28,857 bases of DNA, taken from contig JBDGSE010000002.1 in the NCBI GenBank assembly GCA_042217695.1, forward strand, positions 1 through 28,857. The letters run 5' to 3'. The notes under the pieces are model-generated. The model made no database searches. It was given only the letters and a program-made list of their open reading frames with translations, and was not told where the DNA came from. Shown here one piece after another: positions 7,749 through 16,669 of the stretch; the first letter of the stretch is position 1, and each line of letters begins with the position of its first letter. The translations under genes and the position numbers were made by a program. This DNA comes from Candidatus Nanohaloarchaea archaeon. GTDB lineage: Archaea; Nanohalarchaeota; Nanosalinia; Nanosalinales; Nanosalinaceae.

Positions 7749-9122
7749 TCATAACCGTTCCGCTACTTTTTCGTCGAGGAGGTCAATGAACTCCTGTTTG
7801 TGTTCCTCCGGTATCTTGGCGCCGGCGGCGATATTGTGGCCTCCGCCTTCCCCGTCCAGTTCCTGGGTGATGCCCTCGATGACCTCTCCCAGGTTGAGTC
7901 CGTTTTCCACTACCTGCTTGGTGGCGCGGGAGGAGACTTTGAGTTTGCCGCGTTCGGCTTCCGCGACCCCCATAACAACGGGTGAAGAAAAGAAACCGTT
8001 GCTCATCGTGATTGTGGTGACTGTCCCTATAAAGTTCTCGTCTATGTTGCTTCCGCCGTCTATCACGCCTATGTTCTTCTCGTAGACTACGTCCTCGTTG
8101 TCGCGGTTGTCTTCGACGTAGGACAGCGCGGAGGAGATCGCCCTCCCGTATTTATTGGATATCTTTTTCGCGAGTTCCAGGTCCTCATCCAGCAGAATCT
8201 TCACGCCTTTCTCCGGTTCGCCGAGGCGTCCGCAGGCGTTTATTATGGTGGAGAACTCGTCGATACCGTGGCCGTTTTCAAGGACGTAAACGTTTCTCAG
8301 AAGGTCTTCTACGTCGTATCCCTGCTTTATCAGCCCCTGGATTATCTTCTTTTCTTCCTGTTCGTCCAGTTCTTCCAGGGTCTTGAAGTCGCCGTTCTTT
8401 CTTATGTCGACGCCCACGGACTTGAGAAACTGGATCGCGCCGGACTCGTTGTTGGTTATCCCGTCCAGATACGGGTCGGAGGTGTACATCAGTGATTTAT
8501 GGACCGGTTTCGTGGAGCGTCCGTAGAGGTCGAGTCCTTTCCGCTTGTGTATAAGGTCGTGGTCCTCCGCGTCTTCAAGGAGGTGTTCGTTCAAACCCAT
8601 GAACTCGCCGTCCTGTTTCTGCATATCTCCGGTCGCGCCTATCAGCGCTATCGGCACGAGGTCGTAGTTGTCGGGGTCGACCGCCTTCGCGAGAAGGTAG
8701 GTCATGCCGGCAGCGGAAATCGCCTCCCCGCCGTCGTGCCCGAGGAAGTGAGGGTTCAGGTGGATGAATTCTTCGGAGGTCTCTCCCTCCTCAAGTTGCG
8801 GGCTGTGGTGGTCGGATACTATGACTTCTTTGCCCGCTTCTTCAACAACCAGTTCCTGTATGTCGCCGGATTTTCCCGAGCCGATGTCCACGAAGAGCAG
8901 GAGCTCCTCGTCCTCTTCCGCGAGTCTTTCGACGTCTTCACGGTAGAGCTGTTTCAGTATCTCGTACTCAAAATCTTTTCCGAGCCGTTCCAGCATCTCG
9001 TGGGCTATCGCCGTCGCGGATATGCCATCCGCGTCGTACTGCCCGATCAACCGGATCTTGCCCTCGAATCCTTCAAGCCTCTCGGCCGCTGGTTCCGCGG
9101 CCTCCAGAATATCTTTGACCAT
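7749..9122 (-). CDS. DHH-family RecJ/Cdc45-like nuclease (GINS-associated nuclease, GAN)
   Basis: DADGISA, D.GSG, SDHH, LNPH..G.DG, GATGD.Q, NACGR, GGGH.IAAGA; lies between rps15 and rps3ae as archaeal GAN genes do. Confidence 0.88.
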   Translation of the reverse strand: MVKDILEAAEPAAERLEGFEGKIRLIGQYDADGISATAIAHEMLERLGKDFEYEILKQLYREDVERLAEEDEELLLFVDIGSGKSGDIQELVVEEAGKEVIVSDHHSPQLEEGETSEEFIHLNPHFLGHDGGEAISAAGMTYLLAKAVDPDNYDLVPIALIGATGDMQKQDGEFMGLNEHLLEDAEDHDLIHKRKGLDLYGRSTKPVHKSLMYTSDPYLDGITNNESGAIQFLKSVGVDIRKNGDFKTLEELDEQEEKKIIQGLIKQGYDVEDLLRNVYVLENGHGIDEFSTIINACGRLGEPEKGVKILLDEDLELAKKISNKYGRAISSALSYVEDNRDNEDVVYEKNIGVIDGGSNIDENFIGTVTTITMSNGFFSSPVVMGVAEAERGKLKVSSRATKQVVENGLNLGEVIEGITQELDGEGGGHNIAAGAKIPEEHKQEFIDLLDEKVAERL

Positions 9123-9160
9123 CTATGAACGACTTCTCCCTGCAGATATTTGAAGCTTCC

Positions 9161-9592
9161 CTACCGTTCGTAGGACCAGTCTTCCGGTATGTTTCCGTTT
9201 TCCCTGTGGTAGTTCGCCAGTCTCCGGATCTTTGCCTCTGTAAGTTCGAGGCGTCTCTCCGTCTGGAGGTCGTTCGGGTTATCGTCCAGGTGGTCTGCCA
9301 TGGAATCCGCCTTTTCAAGCAGGTTCTGGAGGTCTTCCGGCATATCGTCTGCCACGCCTTCTTCCTCCAGGATATCGGTCACCTTCATCCCGGTGAGAGT
9401 CTTCACGCTCGGGATGCCGTAGGTGTCTCTCAGCTTGAGACCTATCTCGGAGGGCGAAAGTCCCTCTTCCTTCAGCTTCACGACGAGCTCCTTCACCTCT
9501 TTCTCGTCGTAGTCGGTCCACCTTGGAGCTTTTTCGGATACAGGGTTTGAAGAACCGGATTCTCCTCTTCCGTCAGAATGCATTCTCGCCAT
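9161..9592 (-). CDS. rps15: 30S ribosomal protein S15 (uS15)
   Basis: MARMH..GRG.SGS..P, IG..LRD.YGIP.VK, PEDL.NL, E.KIRRL..Y; ATG at 9592 with AGGTGA SD at 9598-9603. Confidence 0.96.
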   Translation of the reverse strand: MARMHSDGRGESGSSNPVSEKAPRWTDYDEKEVKELVVKLKEEGLSPSEIGLKLRDTYGIPSVKTLTGMKVTDILEEEGVADDMPEDLQNLLEKADSMADHLDDNPNDLQTERRLELTEAKIRRLANYHRENGNIPEDWSYER

Positions 9593-9817
9593 CGAACTCA
9601 CCTGGAGAGCTCGGTCATTTCGAAAACCCGTGGGTTTTCTGCAAACACAGAAACTCCGTAGGCGTTTCGAGTTTTAAGCCGCGTGTCGGTCGAGGTTTTG
9701 GAAAGGTCGAAAATTTGCGATGTAGGTGTGCTTGATAGCATGTTTAATCACGTTGCCGATCCGGGAAAGCTCCCACTTGCCCGGTCTAGACTTACTGGGG
9801 GAGTAAAATCTTTTAAA
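9593..9817 (-). promoter_or_regulatory. rps15 promoter (TTTAAAA at 9811-9817) and ~190-nt structured 5' leader
   Basis: Unusually long non-coding gap in a very compact genome; stems such as CCGGG..CCCGG; TATA-like box right after the bud32 stop. Confidence 0.5.
9620..9670. repeat. 51-bp four-block palindromic element in the rps15 leader
   Basis: TCGAAAACCC gt GGGTTTTC tgcaaacaca GAAAC tccgtaggc GTTTCGA. Confidence 0.75.
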
Positions 9818-9819
9818 CT

Positions 9820-10383
9820 CTATTTGTAGCGGCCGCGGGACTCCACTTCCTCCAGCTGTTCAAGGACTTTCTCCGAGTCCTCGTATCTGGAGTAACCCTC
9901 AACGAATTCGTCCCAGGCCTCGTCCGCTATCTCGGGATGCGAGGACTCCAGAACCTGTTTCAGGAGATGGATGTCGACCGCCTTGTCCTCGATGCGGTGA
10001 GAACGGAAGGACAGTCCGAAGTCTATTATCCCCAGTTCGTCGCCCATTATGGCGTTGCTGGTGGTGAGGTCGCCGTGGATTATGTCCGTGGAGTGCATGT
10101 AGGCCACGTTTCTCCCGTATTCCTCCAGGTGTCCGGGCTCGATCACCTGTTTAAGAGGTTTGCCCTCGAGTTTCTCCATCGTCAGGGTGTATTCCTCCAC
10201 GTTTTCTATCTCGGGCGCGGTGACGCCGTGTTTTCTTGCCTTCTTCATTATCCGGGCCTCGGTCTTCGTGCGTTCCTCCCTTATCTTTTCATCCAGTTTC
10301 GGGTGGCGGTAACCCTTCCTTTCTCGGGTTTTGACCACCTCTTCGTTGATGGTGACGGTGGCTTCGGCCCCTCTGAGTTCCAT
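9820..10383 (-). CDS. bud32: KEOPS complex kinase/ATPase Bud32
   Basis: GAEA, K.YRHP.LD..IR..RT..EARI, HGDLTTSN, IDFGLS, EDKAVD, C-terminal RGRY. Confidence 0.95.
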   Translation of the reverse strand: MELRGAEATVTINEEVVKTRERKGYRHPKLDEKIREERTKTEARIMKKARKHGVTAPEIENVEEYTLTMEKLEGKPLKQVIEPGHLEEYGRNVAYMHSTDIIHGDLTTSNAIMGDELGIIDFGLSFRSHRIEDKAVDIHLLKQVLESSHPEIADEAWDEFVEGYSRYEDSEKVLEQLEEVESRGRYK

Positions 10384-10416
10384 GGAGTGGAGATGGGGGA
10401 GGAACTCTGAAAAACT

Positions 10417-12066
10417 CTATCCTTCACGGGATTCGAGGTAGCGGCGGACCTCGAGCAGGTTTTTGCGCCTGAGCTCCTCCCTGTACTGCTCTTTCTGCAT
10501 CACCCCGAGCACGTGGTCGACCAGCTGTTCAGAGGCCAGAAGTTTAGAGACTGCTACGTAGAGGGCACCGTCCTCCATCAGCTCGGAGGCTTCTTCTACA
10601 TTCTCGGACCTGAGTATTATGTCCGCGTCCGTGTCCAGGTGGAGTATCCTGCGGGAGACCTTCCCGATGGGGATAGTGGAGATAATCAGTTCCGCGTCCC
10701 CGTAGCTGGCTCTTTCCCATGTCTCCAGATGCATCACGTCGCCGAAAACGTAGTTCTCCTCCTTTTTCATCGCATCCTCGACTTTTTCCGGGTCGTTCTC
10801 CACCACCAGAAACTCCTGGCCCTCCTCGTTAAGTGCCTCTGCCAGCCTCCGTCCCTGGGTGTCGTAACCTGCAAGTATGACGTGGTTCTCCATTTCCGTA
10901 CCTGATTCGGAGTTCTTCATGTCCTGCCGGGTGCTGAAGAGGTCGTGGCTGGAGAGCAGACGGTAGAGCTCCTCCGCATGCCTGCTTGTGTACGAGGACG
11001 TTATCATGGTGAGGGTGGCGGCAAGTATGATGGACTGGAATATGGCCGGGTCCATCCTGCCCGCGAGGAGGCCCTGAATCGCGATTATCAGTGCGAATTC
11101 TGATACCTGGTCCAGGCTGAAACCGGTGAGGTACGCGGTCCGGGAGTCGAAGCCCTGTTCGATGAGGGAGACAGCCGTCACTACAGGTTTGAATACTGCA
11201 GTTATCACCGCCAGGAACAGGGAGGCGAGTATAACCTTCATCGACGGGATGTTTATCAATGCGCCGAGTGTCACGAAGAATATCGCGGAGAAGAAGTCCT
11301 TCAGCGAGCCGACGGTATCCAGGATTTCAAGGTTGTGCGGGAACTTTGCGACCGCGATTCCCGCGGCGAAGGAACCTACGACAAGCGAGAAACCGCCGAG
11401 TTCGGCCAGGGCCGCGAATCCTCCCAGGGTAGCCAGGCTTATCAGCATCAGGAGCTCCTGTGAGCCCTCCGCGAGTTTCGCCACGTGGTCAAAGATGTAG
11501 CGCTGGGTGAAGAGTGCGAAGGCTATCAGGCCAAAGCCGAACGCCAGGTTCTGGATTATGTTGGCCGGGCGGTAAACCGCAGAGCTGAGGGCGATGACCG
11601 CGACTATCGCGAGTATGTCCTGTATAAGCTGGGTGGACTCCGCCAGCCTTCCGTGAAGCAGGTCCATCCTGACGTCCTCGCTTATCAGCTGCAGCCCGAC
11701 AATGGAAGAGCTCAACGAGGCGGCGATGCTGAAGTAGAGTGCGTTCAGGTGGCTGAAACCGAGAGCCCATGCGGTAAGGTATCCAAGCAAACCGATTGAT
11801 GCGACCTGTACAGTGGTGGTTGCCTGGCTTTCCCTTGCCACGGTCTTCAGCCTTTCGGGGTCCAGTTTCAGCCCGAATATGAACACGAGGAAGGCGATAC
11901 CCAGCTGGGTCAGGCCCATCACCTGGCTGCTGTCGATGAAACGTCCCACGAGGATGCCCGCAAGTATGTAGGCCGGTATCGCCGGGTGTTCGAACCGGTC
12001 CAGTATAAGCAGCAGTACCGACGAGACGACGAAGATCAGTGTGAGAGTGTGTACCAGTTCAGTCAT
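10417..12066 (-). CDS. CPA2/Kef-type cation:proton antiporter with C-terminal RCK (TrkA-N) domain
   Basis: PAYILAGIL, LGIAFLVF.FGL, QDILA, GSFAAG, LKDFF.AIFFV..G, QVSEFA; RCK ENHVILAGY...FGD. Confidence 0.92.
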   Translation of the reverse strand: MTELVHTLTLIFVVSSVLLLILDRFEHPAIPAYILAGILVGRFIDSSQVMGLTQLGIAFLVFIFGLKLDPERLKTVARESQATTTVQVASIGLLGYLTAWALGFSHLNALYFSIAASLSSSIVGLQLISEDVRMDLLHGRLAESTQLIQDILAIVAVIALSSAVYRPANIIQNLAFGFGLIAFALFTQRYIFDHVAKLAEGSQELLMLISLATLGGFAALAELGGFSLVVGSFAAGIAVAKFPHNLEILDTVGSLKDFFSAIFFVTLGALINIPSMKVILASLFLAVITAVFKPVVTAVSLIEQGFDSRTAYLTGFSLDQVSEFALIIAIQGLLAGRMDPAIFQSIILAATLTMITSSYTSRHAEELYRLLSSHDLFSTRQDMKNSESGTEMENHVILAGYDTQGRRLAEALNEEGQEFLVVENDPEKVEDAMKKEENYVFGDVMHLETWERASYGDAELIISTIPIGKVSRRILHLDTDADIILRSENVEEASELMEDGALYVAVSKLLASEQLVDHVLGVMQKEQYREELRRKNLLEVRRYLESREG

Positions 12067-12143
12067 GGTTATCCCTCCATGAAGTATAGAGCTGTGCTCG
12101 ACCCGCGTAGTGGGTCATTGCGTGTGAACCGAGCGTAACCAGT

Positions 12144-13823
12144 TCAGTCACTGTTGCCACCCCATTCGATGCGTTCGACGTCTCTCTCGACTTCTTCCAG
12201 GAACAGGTCGCGGTCCTCCAGGTAGAGCTTGACGTACTCGCTCATCTTGTCCCCGGTCAGCACGTTCTTCTGTATAACGTAGTGAGCACCCATATCGTAT
12301 AATTCGGCGGCTTGGGCCATGCTTTCCGCTCTCGCGAAGACGGTGGTGTCTCTTGGTGCGTCCTCCAGGATGTGGAGGTTTACCTCATGGTCGCTGGCGA
12401 CGCAGAGCACGAAATCCGCCTTTTTCAGGTTCGCCGCCTTCCTTATCTCGCCGTGCCGGAAATCACCGTAGACGTACTCGTAACTCGAACCGGAAAGCTT
12501 CTGGGTGTTGGAGGGGTCGTTGTCCACCACGACTATCTGGTCGTATTCCTCCTCCAGTATGGAGAGACTTCTCCGGGCCATCTCGTCGTAACCGGCGACC
12601 ACCACATGGTCCTCCAGATGTCTCACGTCCACGTCACTCTTCTCCTCGGAGTCTATCCTCGCCAGTAACGGCTTTAACCGCCGGTATATCTCCTCGTTAT
12701 ACGTGATGAGGTACGAGGAGCCTCCCATGGTTATTATCGCGACCAGGCTGAGGAAGCCGAGCACCTCCTGCGAGATAAACCCGCTGGAGACGCCTACAGC
12801 CCCGAATATCAGTGCGAACTCGCTTATCTGGCTCTTGTTGAGGCTGGCCTTGAGGGAGGTCTCCGGGGTAAACTTGGCCTGATCCACGAGGAAAAACAGT
12901 ATGCCTATCTTGGCAGCCATGAATACGATGGAGGCTATCACCGCCTCCACCCAGTAACTGCTGAACGCCGAGCCCGTGATGCTCAGGCCGATGTTTATGA
13001 AGAACACGGCCATCAGGAAATCGGTCAGCGGTCTCACGCGTTCCTGCAGCTCGTGGCTGTAGGGTATCTGCGCCAGGCTTATCCCCGCGATAAAGGCGCC
13101 TATCTCCATCGATATACCGAGTTTCCCGGCCGCGGATATCAGGAGGAAGGCCCAGGCAACTCCATGCACAAAGAAGGCGTGTTCGTTGCTGGATATCTCC
13201 CGGAAAAGCCGTGGCAGGAAGTAGCGTGAGGAGAGGTAGGAAAGCCCTCCTATGACTGTTACAACTGCGGCAACCTCCAGCAGTCCTATCGCGATCCCGG
13301 AGAGGGTGGTGGCTCCTGTCGCCAGGATGGCCATCAGTACCACCACGACCAGGTCCTCCACGAGGAGTATGCCGACATCCATCTTTCCCGGGAGCGTTGA
13401 AATCTCGTCTTTGTCCGCCAGAAGCTTTACAACTACCGCTGTCGACGAATACATGGAGGCCCCGGCTATGAACAGCGATTCGATGAGGCTGAAGCCGAGG
13501 AACTGTGCCGTGAAGTACGCCACTGCTGCCACCAGGGCCATCTGGCCCGCAGCTATAAGGGCGACCGGTCTGAATATCTCCCGTATCTCGTCAAGTTTCA
13601 TCTCCAGACCGATAAGGAACAGAAGGAATGCAAGCCCCAGTTCGGAGAGTAGCTCGGTTGAAGGAGTTTTCTGTACTATTGCGAGTCCAACAGGTCCGAG
13701 AACCATACCTGTTACTATGTAGGCCGTCAGCGTGGGCTGCCTGGTCTTCCGGGCGACTATACCGAGGACTGCAGCAACTATTATCGCCACTACAAAAGTT
13801 TCTGCTCCGGAGACCGCCGCCAT
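12144..13823 (-). CDS. CPA2/Kef-type cation:proton antiporter with C-terminal RCK domain (paralogue)
   Basis: QP...AYIVTG..LGP, ELGLAFLLFLIGLE, SSTAVVVKLL, EDL, GAFIAG, SQISEFA; RCK HVVVAGY...YGD. Confidence 0.93.
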   Translation of the reverse strand: MAAVSGAETFVVAIIVAAVLGIVARKTRQPTLTAYIVTGMVLGPVGLAIVQKTPSTELLSELGLAFLLFLIGLEMKLDEIREIFRPVALIAAGQMALVAAVAYFTAQFLGFSLIESLFIAGASMYSSTAVVVKLLADKDEISTLPGKMDVGILLVEDLVVVVLMAILATGATTLSGIAIGLLEVAAVVTVIGGLSYLSSRYFLPRLFREISSNEHAFFVHGVAWAFLLISAAGKLGISMEIGAFIAGISLAQIPYSHELQERVRPLTDFLMAVFFINIGLSITGSAFSSYWVEAVIASIVFMAAKIGILFFLVDQAKFTPETSLKASLNKSQISEFALIFGAVGVSSGFISQEVLGFLSLVAIITMGGSSYLITYNEEIYRRLKPLLARIDSEEKSDVDVRHLEDHVVVAGYDEMARRSLSILEEEYDQIVVVDNDPSNTQKLSGSSYEYVYGDFRHGEIRKAANLKKADFVLCVASDHEVNLHILEDAPRDTTVFARAESMAQAAELYDMGAHYVIQKNVLTGDKMSEYVKLYLEDRDLFLEEVERDVERIEWGGNSD

Positions 13824-14395
13824 TAATTCAGCACTTCTTCAAGGTCCTCTTTCGAGACGGGACCTCTACGATGAATAACTATCTCCGAGTTCTTAACTTC
13901 TGCGATAGTCGAGGTCTTCCTGTGTTCAAGCCGGCCGTGGTCGATGACATGGTCCGCCTCTTCCAGGAGTTCGTCCGCGATATCCTCCACAGAGTAGGAG
14001 GTCTCTTCGCCGGAGATGTTGGCCGAGGTCGCGGTCACCGGTGTCTCCGCCAGGGAACGGGCCAGCGAACTGGAGGACACACGGAAAACGAACTTCTCGT
14101 TCAGGACATCCGGCACCGGATCTTTCTTCTCTGCCACGAGTGTCAGGGGGCCGGGCATGAACTCCTCCACGATCTCTTTCTCTTCGCGGGAAAGCTCCGC
14201 GTACTCTTCGGCCTGGGACAGACTCTTCACTATCACTGTCAGCCCTTTCTCTTTCGGACGTTTTTTTGCCTCGTACACCTTTTCCACCGCTTCCTCGTTT
14301 AGTGCGTCCGCCGCGATCCCGTAAGCGGTCTCCGTGGGATAGATAACGAGTTCCCCGCTTCTTATCGATTCTCTTGCGGCCTCTAGGTCTCCCAT
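13823..14395 (-). CDS. sua5: L-threonylcarbamoyladenylate synthase (YrdC/TsaC domain only)
   Basis: YPTETAYGIAA, K.RP..K.L, PGPLTLV, TSANISG, STI; no C-terminal SUA5 domain (190 aa). Confidence 0.93.
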   Translation of the reverse strand: MGDLEAARESIRSGELVIYPTETAYGIAADALNEEAVEKVYEAKKRPKEKGLTVIVKSLSQAEEYAELSREEKEIVEEFMPGPLTLVAEKKDPVPDVLNEKFVFRVSSSSLARSLAETPVTATSANISGEETSYSVEDIADELLEEADHVIDHGRLEHRKTSTIAEVKNSEIVIHRRGPVSKEDLEEVLN

Positions 14396-15354
14396 TCTAC
14401 TTCCACCTCGTCAGGCCGCCAGTCCGGCTTCTTCGCGGAATCCTCCACAGAGGTCTCATTTCCTGCCTTCAGTTCGAGGAGGCCCTGGTGGGCTATCATG
14501 ACTCCGTTGTCCATGCAGTACTCTTTCGGCGGGAAGTAGGCCTCTGCGCCCCGCTCCTCTGCCATCGTCCTCACCATCTCACGCAGCCGGGAGTTCATCG
14601 CCACTCCTCCGGTAAGTAAAGCTTCTTCAGAGTCTTCCTGCGCCATCGCTCTTTCCAGTGCCTCAACGACAGCGGCAAAGGCGTGTTCCTGGAAACTGTT
14701 TGCGATCATCTCGTCATCGATATCCCCGATCTTTCTCTGGGCCTCCGTGACCAGTCCCGAGAAAGAGAAGTCCATGCCTTTTATCGGGTAGGAAAGTTCG
14801 ACTATCTCGTCGGTTTTCTCCGCCAGTCTCTCGATTTCCGGGCCGCCGGGGTGCGGGTAACCCATCGAGCGGGCGAGCTTGTCCAGCGCGTTCCCAAGCG
14901 CCACGTCAAGGGTCTCACCCACTATCCGGTAACGACCCGCTCTCAAGTCAAGTATCTGGGAGTTCCCTCCGGAGAGGTAGAGCGTTGTCGGGTTCGATGC
15001 CCCGGTGGTCCTCGTGCCTATGGAAACATGTGCCACGCAGTGGTTCACCCCTCTGAGGGGCAGGTCGTGTTTCCTGGACAGGGACCGGGCCATCACTGCC
15101 CCTGTGTCAAGACACTGTGGTATCCCCGGGCCCTGGGCGAAAGCTATTCCATCGATGTCGTCCATCGGGACCTTGTCGTTTACCTCGTTTAGTAACTGTA
15201 AGGCGTTCTGGTAGTGGTGTTCCGCGGCTTTCCTTGGGTGTATGCCGCCCTCCTCGGGCTCGAACATCGACTTCCTCGACGCGAGCACTTCCTCCTCGTC
15301 CACCACACCGATTCCCAGCGTGTGTGCCGTCGACTCGATCCCCAGGACTTTCAT
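14383..15354 (-). CDS. kae1: KEOPS tRNA N6-threonylcarbamoyltransferase Kae1
   Basis: LGIESTAHT, GGIHPR.AAEHH, GPG, VNHCVAH, SGGNSQ, GETLD.A.GN.LDK, SFSG, GGVAMN, DNG.MIA. Confidence 0.96.
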   Translation of the reverse strand: MKVLGIESTAHTLGIGVVDEEEVLASRKSMFEPEEGGIHPRKAAEHHYQNALQLLNEVNDKVPMDDIDGIAFAQGPGIPQCLDTGAVMARSLSRKHDLPLRGVNHCVAHVSIGTRTTGASNPTTLYLSGGNSQILDLRAGRYRIVGETLDVALGNALDKLARSMGYPHPGGPEIERLAEKTDEIVELSYPIKGMDFSFSGLVTEAQRKIGDIDDEMIANSFQEHAFAAVVEALERAMAQEDSEEALLTGGVAMNSRLREMVRTMAEERGAEAYFPPKEYCMDNGVMIAHQGLLELKAGNETSVEDSAKKPDWRPDEVEVEWET

Positions 15355-15450
15355 AACTGGAAATGTTGGATGGAAGAGTTAAAAATAGGTGCAGGACGGT
15401 AAGGGTCTGGAGTTAAAACGTTTCACGAAGAATACAGGGACGTGAGCTCG

Positions 15451-15852
15451 ATGGACATCCTCGGGGAGGACCCCGAAGATATAACTCTCTGGGTCAGGCA
15501 GAAACTGGGATCAGGTAGCTATGAGCTGCTGGAGGCGGGAAGCGGTGTGGACATGTCTCCGTTCGACGGCAGCTGGGAGGCCTACCGCGTGTTTCTCTCC
15601 GACGGGGCTGTTTCCACGGAGGACTGGGACAACACCTTCGGCGAGTACCTGATGGTGCATGTCTATGACTCCCGGGAGGACGCCGACTGGTCCAGGAAAC
15701 TTCGTCTTTACGGCGGAGATTCGAGGGATTCCCGCGGATACTTTGAGAGGATTGTCAACGACTGGGATTTTATAATGGAGAAAGAAGCCGCTCCCGGCCC
15801 TGACGGTGTTAACAGGCTGGAAGTGGGCGGAAAGGAATACGTCTGGCGTTGA
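15451..15852 (+). CDS. Hypothetical acidic protein (alternative GTG start at 15442)
   Basis: Fills the gap between kae1 and rps27ae; acidic composition; TTAAAA box ~25-35 nt upstream. Confidence 0.65.
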   Translation: MDILGEDPEDITLWVRQKLGSGSYELLEAGSGVDMSPFDGSWEAYRVFLSDGAVSTEDWDNTFGEYLMVHVYDSREDADWSRKLRLYGGDSRDSRGYFERIVNDWDFIMEKEAAPGPDGVNRLEVGGKEYVWR

Positions 15853-15863
15853 AAATGGCCGGG

Positions 15864-16013
15864 CTACTCGTGCTTCGTGTATCCGCACTTGCCGCAGCTC
15901 TTCCGGTTCTCGTGTTCCGCCAGGAAGGAGCCGCACCGGGGACACTTCTCGCCCTCGTAGCTTCCGTCCTCACTGTACTTCTCGTAGACCGCTACAGTTT
16001 CATGCTTGGCCAT
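15864..16013 (-). CDS. rps27ae: 30S ribosomal protein S27ae (eS31), 49 aa, absent from the ORF track
   Basis: Manual translation [67 protein letters not shown] zinc ribbon; follows rps24e. Confidence 0.95.
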   Translation of the reverse strand: MAKHETVAVYEKYSEDGSYEGEKCPRCGSFLAEHENRKSCGKCGYTKHE

Positions 16014-16019
16014 CGTATC

Positions 16020-16472
16020 TCACTCCAGCTTGTTCTCAAGCCATTCTTTCAGGGTTTTCCTGTCCTTGCCTTCTTTCTCGGCCTCTAGAGCAGCCCTGTA
16101 GTCTGGTTCCTCCATCTCCTTCAGGGCGTCCTTCGCCTCGGTGATGGTCCCGGAAACGATGTCCTCGTATTCTGCCGTTGCTCTTCCGGTGCTCTCTGTC
16201 TCCCCGGAATCTTCGATGGCTGCTTCCTCGAGGTCCTCGTCGTATTCGAACTCTGCCTGGACCTTTAACCGGGCCACGGAGTTCTTGCTGCCGAAACCTG
16301 TCAGCACATCGACTACCTCCACTTCTTCCTTGCTGACTCCGTTTTCGGCGGTGAACCGGCTCTTGACGTCTTCCTTGCTTGGAGTGGGTTCGCCCTCGTG
16401 CTCGATGTCGAGTTTTACCTCGCGCCTGTCGAGCAGCGGGTTCTCCTTCACTGATCGGATTGCTACGTTCAT
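16020..16472 (-). CDS. rps24e: 30S ribosomal protein S24e (eS24) with C-terminal helical extension
   Basis: ENPLLDRREV, H.GEPTPS, T.FG; about 60 extra C-terminal residues. Confidence 0.92.
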   Translation of the reverse strand: MNVAIRSVKENPLLDRREVKLDIEHEGEPTPSKEDVKSRFTAENGVSKEEVEVVDVLTGFGSKNSVARLKVQAEFEYDEDLEEAAIEDSGETESTGRATAEYEDIVSGTITEAKDALKEMEEPDYRAALEAEKEGKDRKTLKEWLENKLE

Positions 16473-16477
16473 AGTAT

Positions 16478-16666
16478 CTATTTCACCCTTATCGCGTATC
16501 TTCCAGGTGTCTGGATGTTCAGTTTTTCGGCTATCTCGGAGTCGTCAGGGTCGTAGATGACCACGAGTCCGCTGTAGGATTCGGAGAGATCGTTGTTCTT
16601 GCATACGGGACACTCGGTCTCGTCCTCTACAAGGCGGTGACAGTTTTTACACGCGCGTTCTACCAT
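16478..16666 (-). CDS. spt4: Transcription elongation factor Spt4 (RpoE'')
   Basis: ACKNCH...CPVC....LS....G.V.I.DP..SEIA.KL.I..PGRYAIRV. Confidence 0.96.
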   Translation of the reverse strand: MVERACKNCHRLVEDETECPVCKNNDLSESYSGLVVIYDPDDSEIAEKLNIQTPGRYAIRVK

Positions 16667-16669
16667 GTT

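Noticed and set aside
12133..12144. 12-bp match (GCGTAACCAGTT) to the tRNA exon/intron junction at 6450-6461
   Set aside because: A 12-mer match is expected by chance in a window of this size and does not extend.
15849..16088. Hydrophobic 79-aa plus-strand ORF
   Set aside because: Antisense shadow of rps27ae and rps24e.
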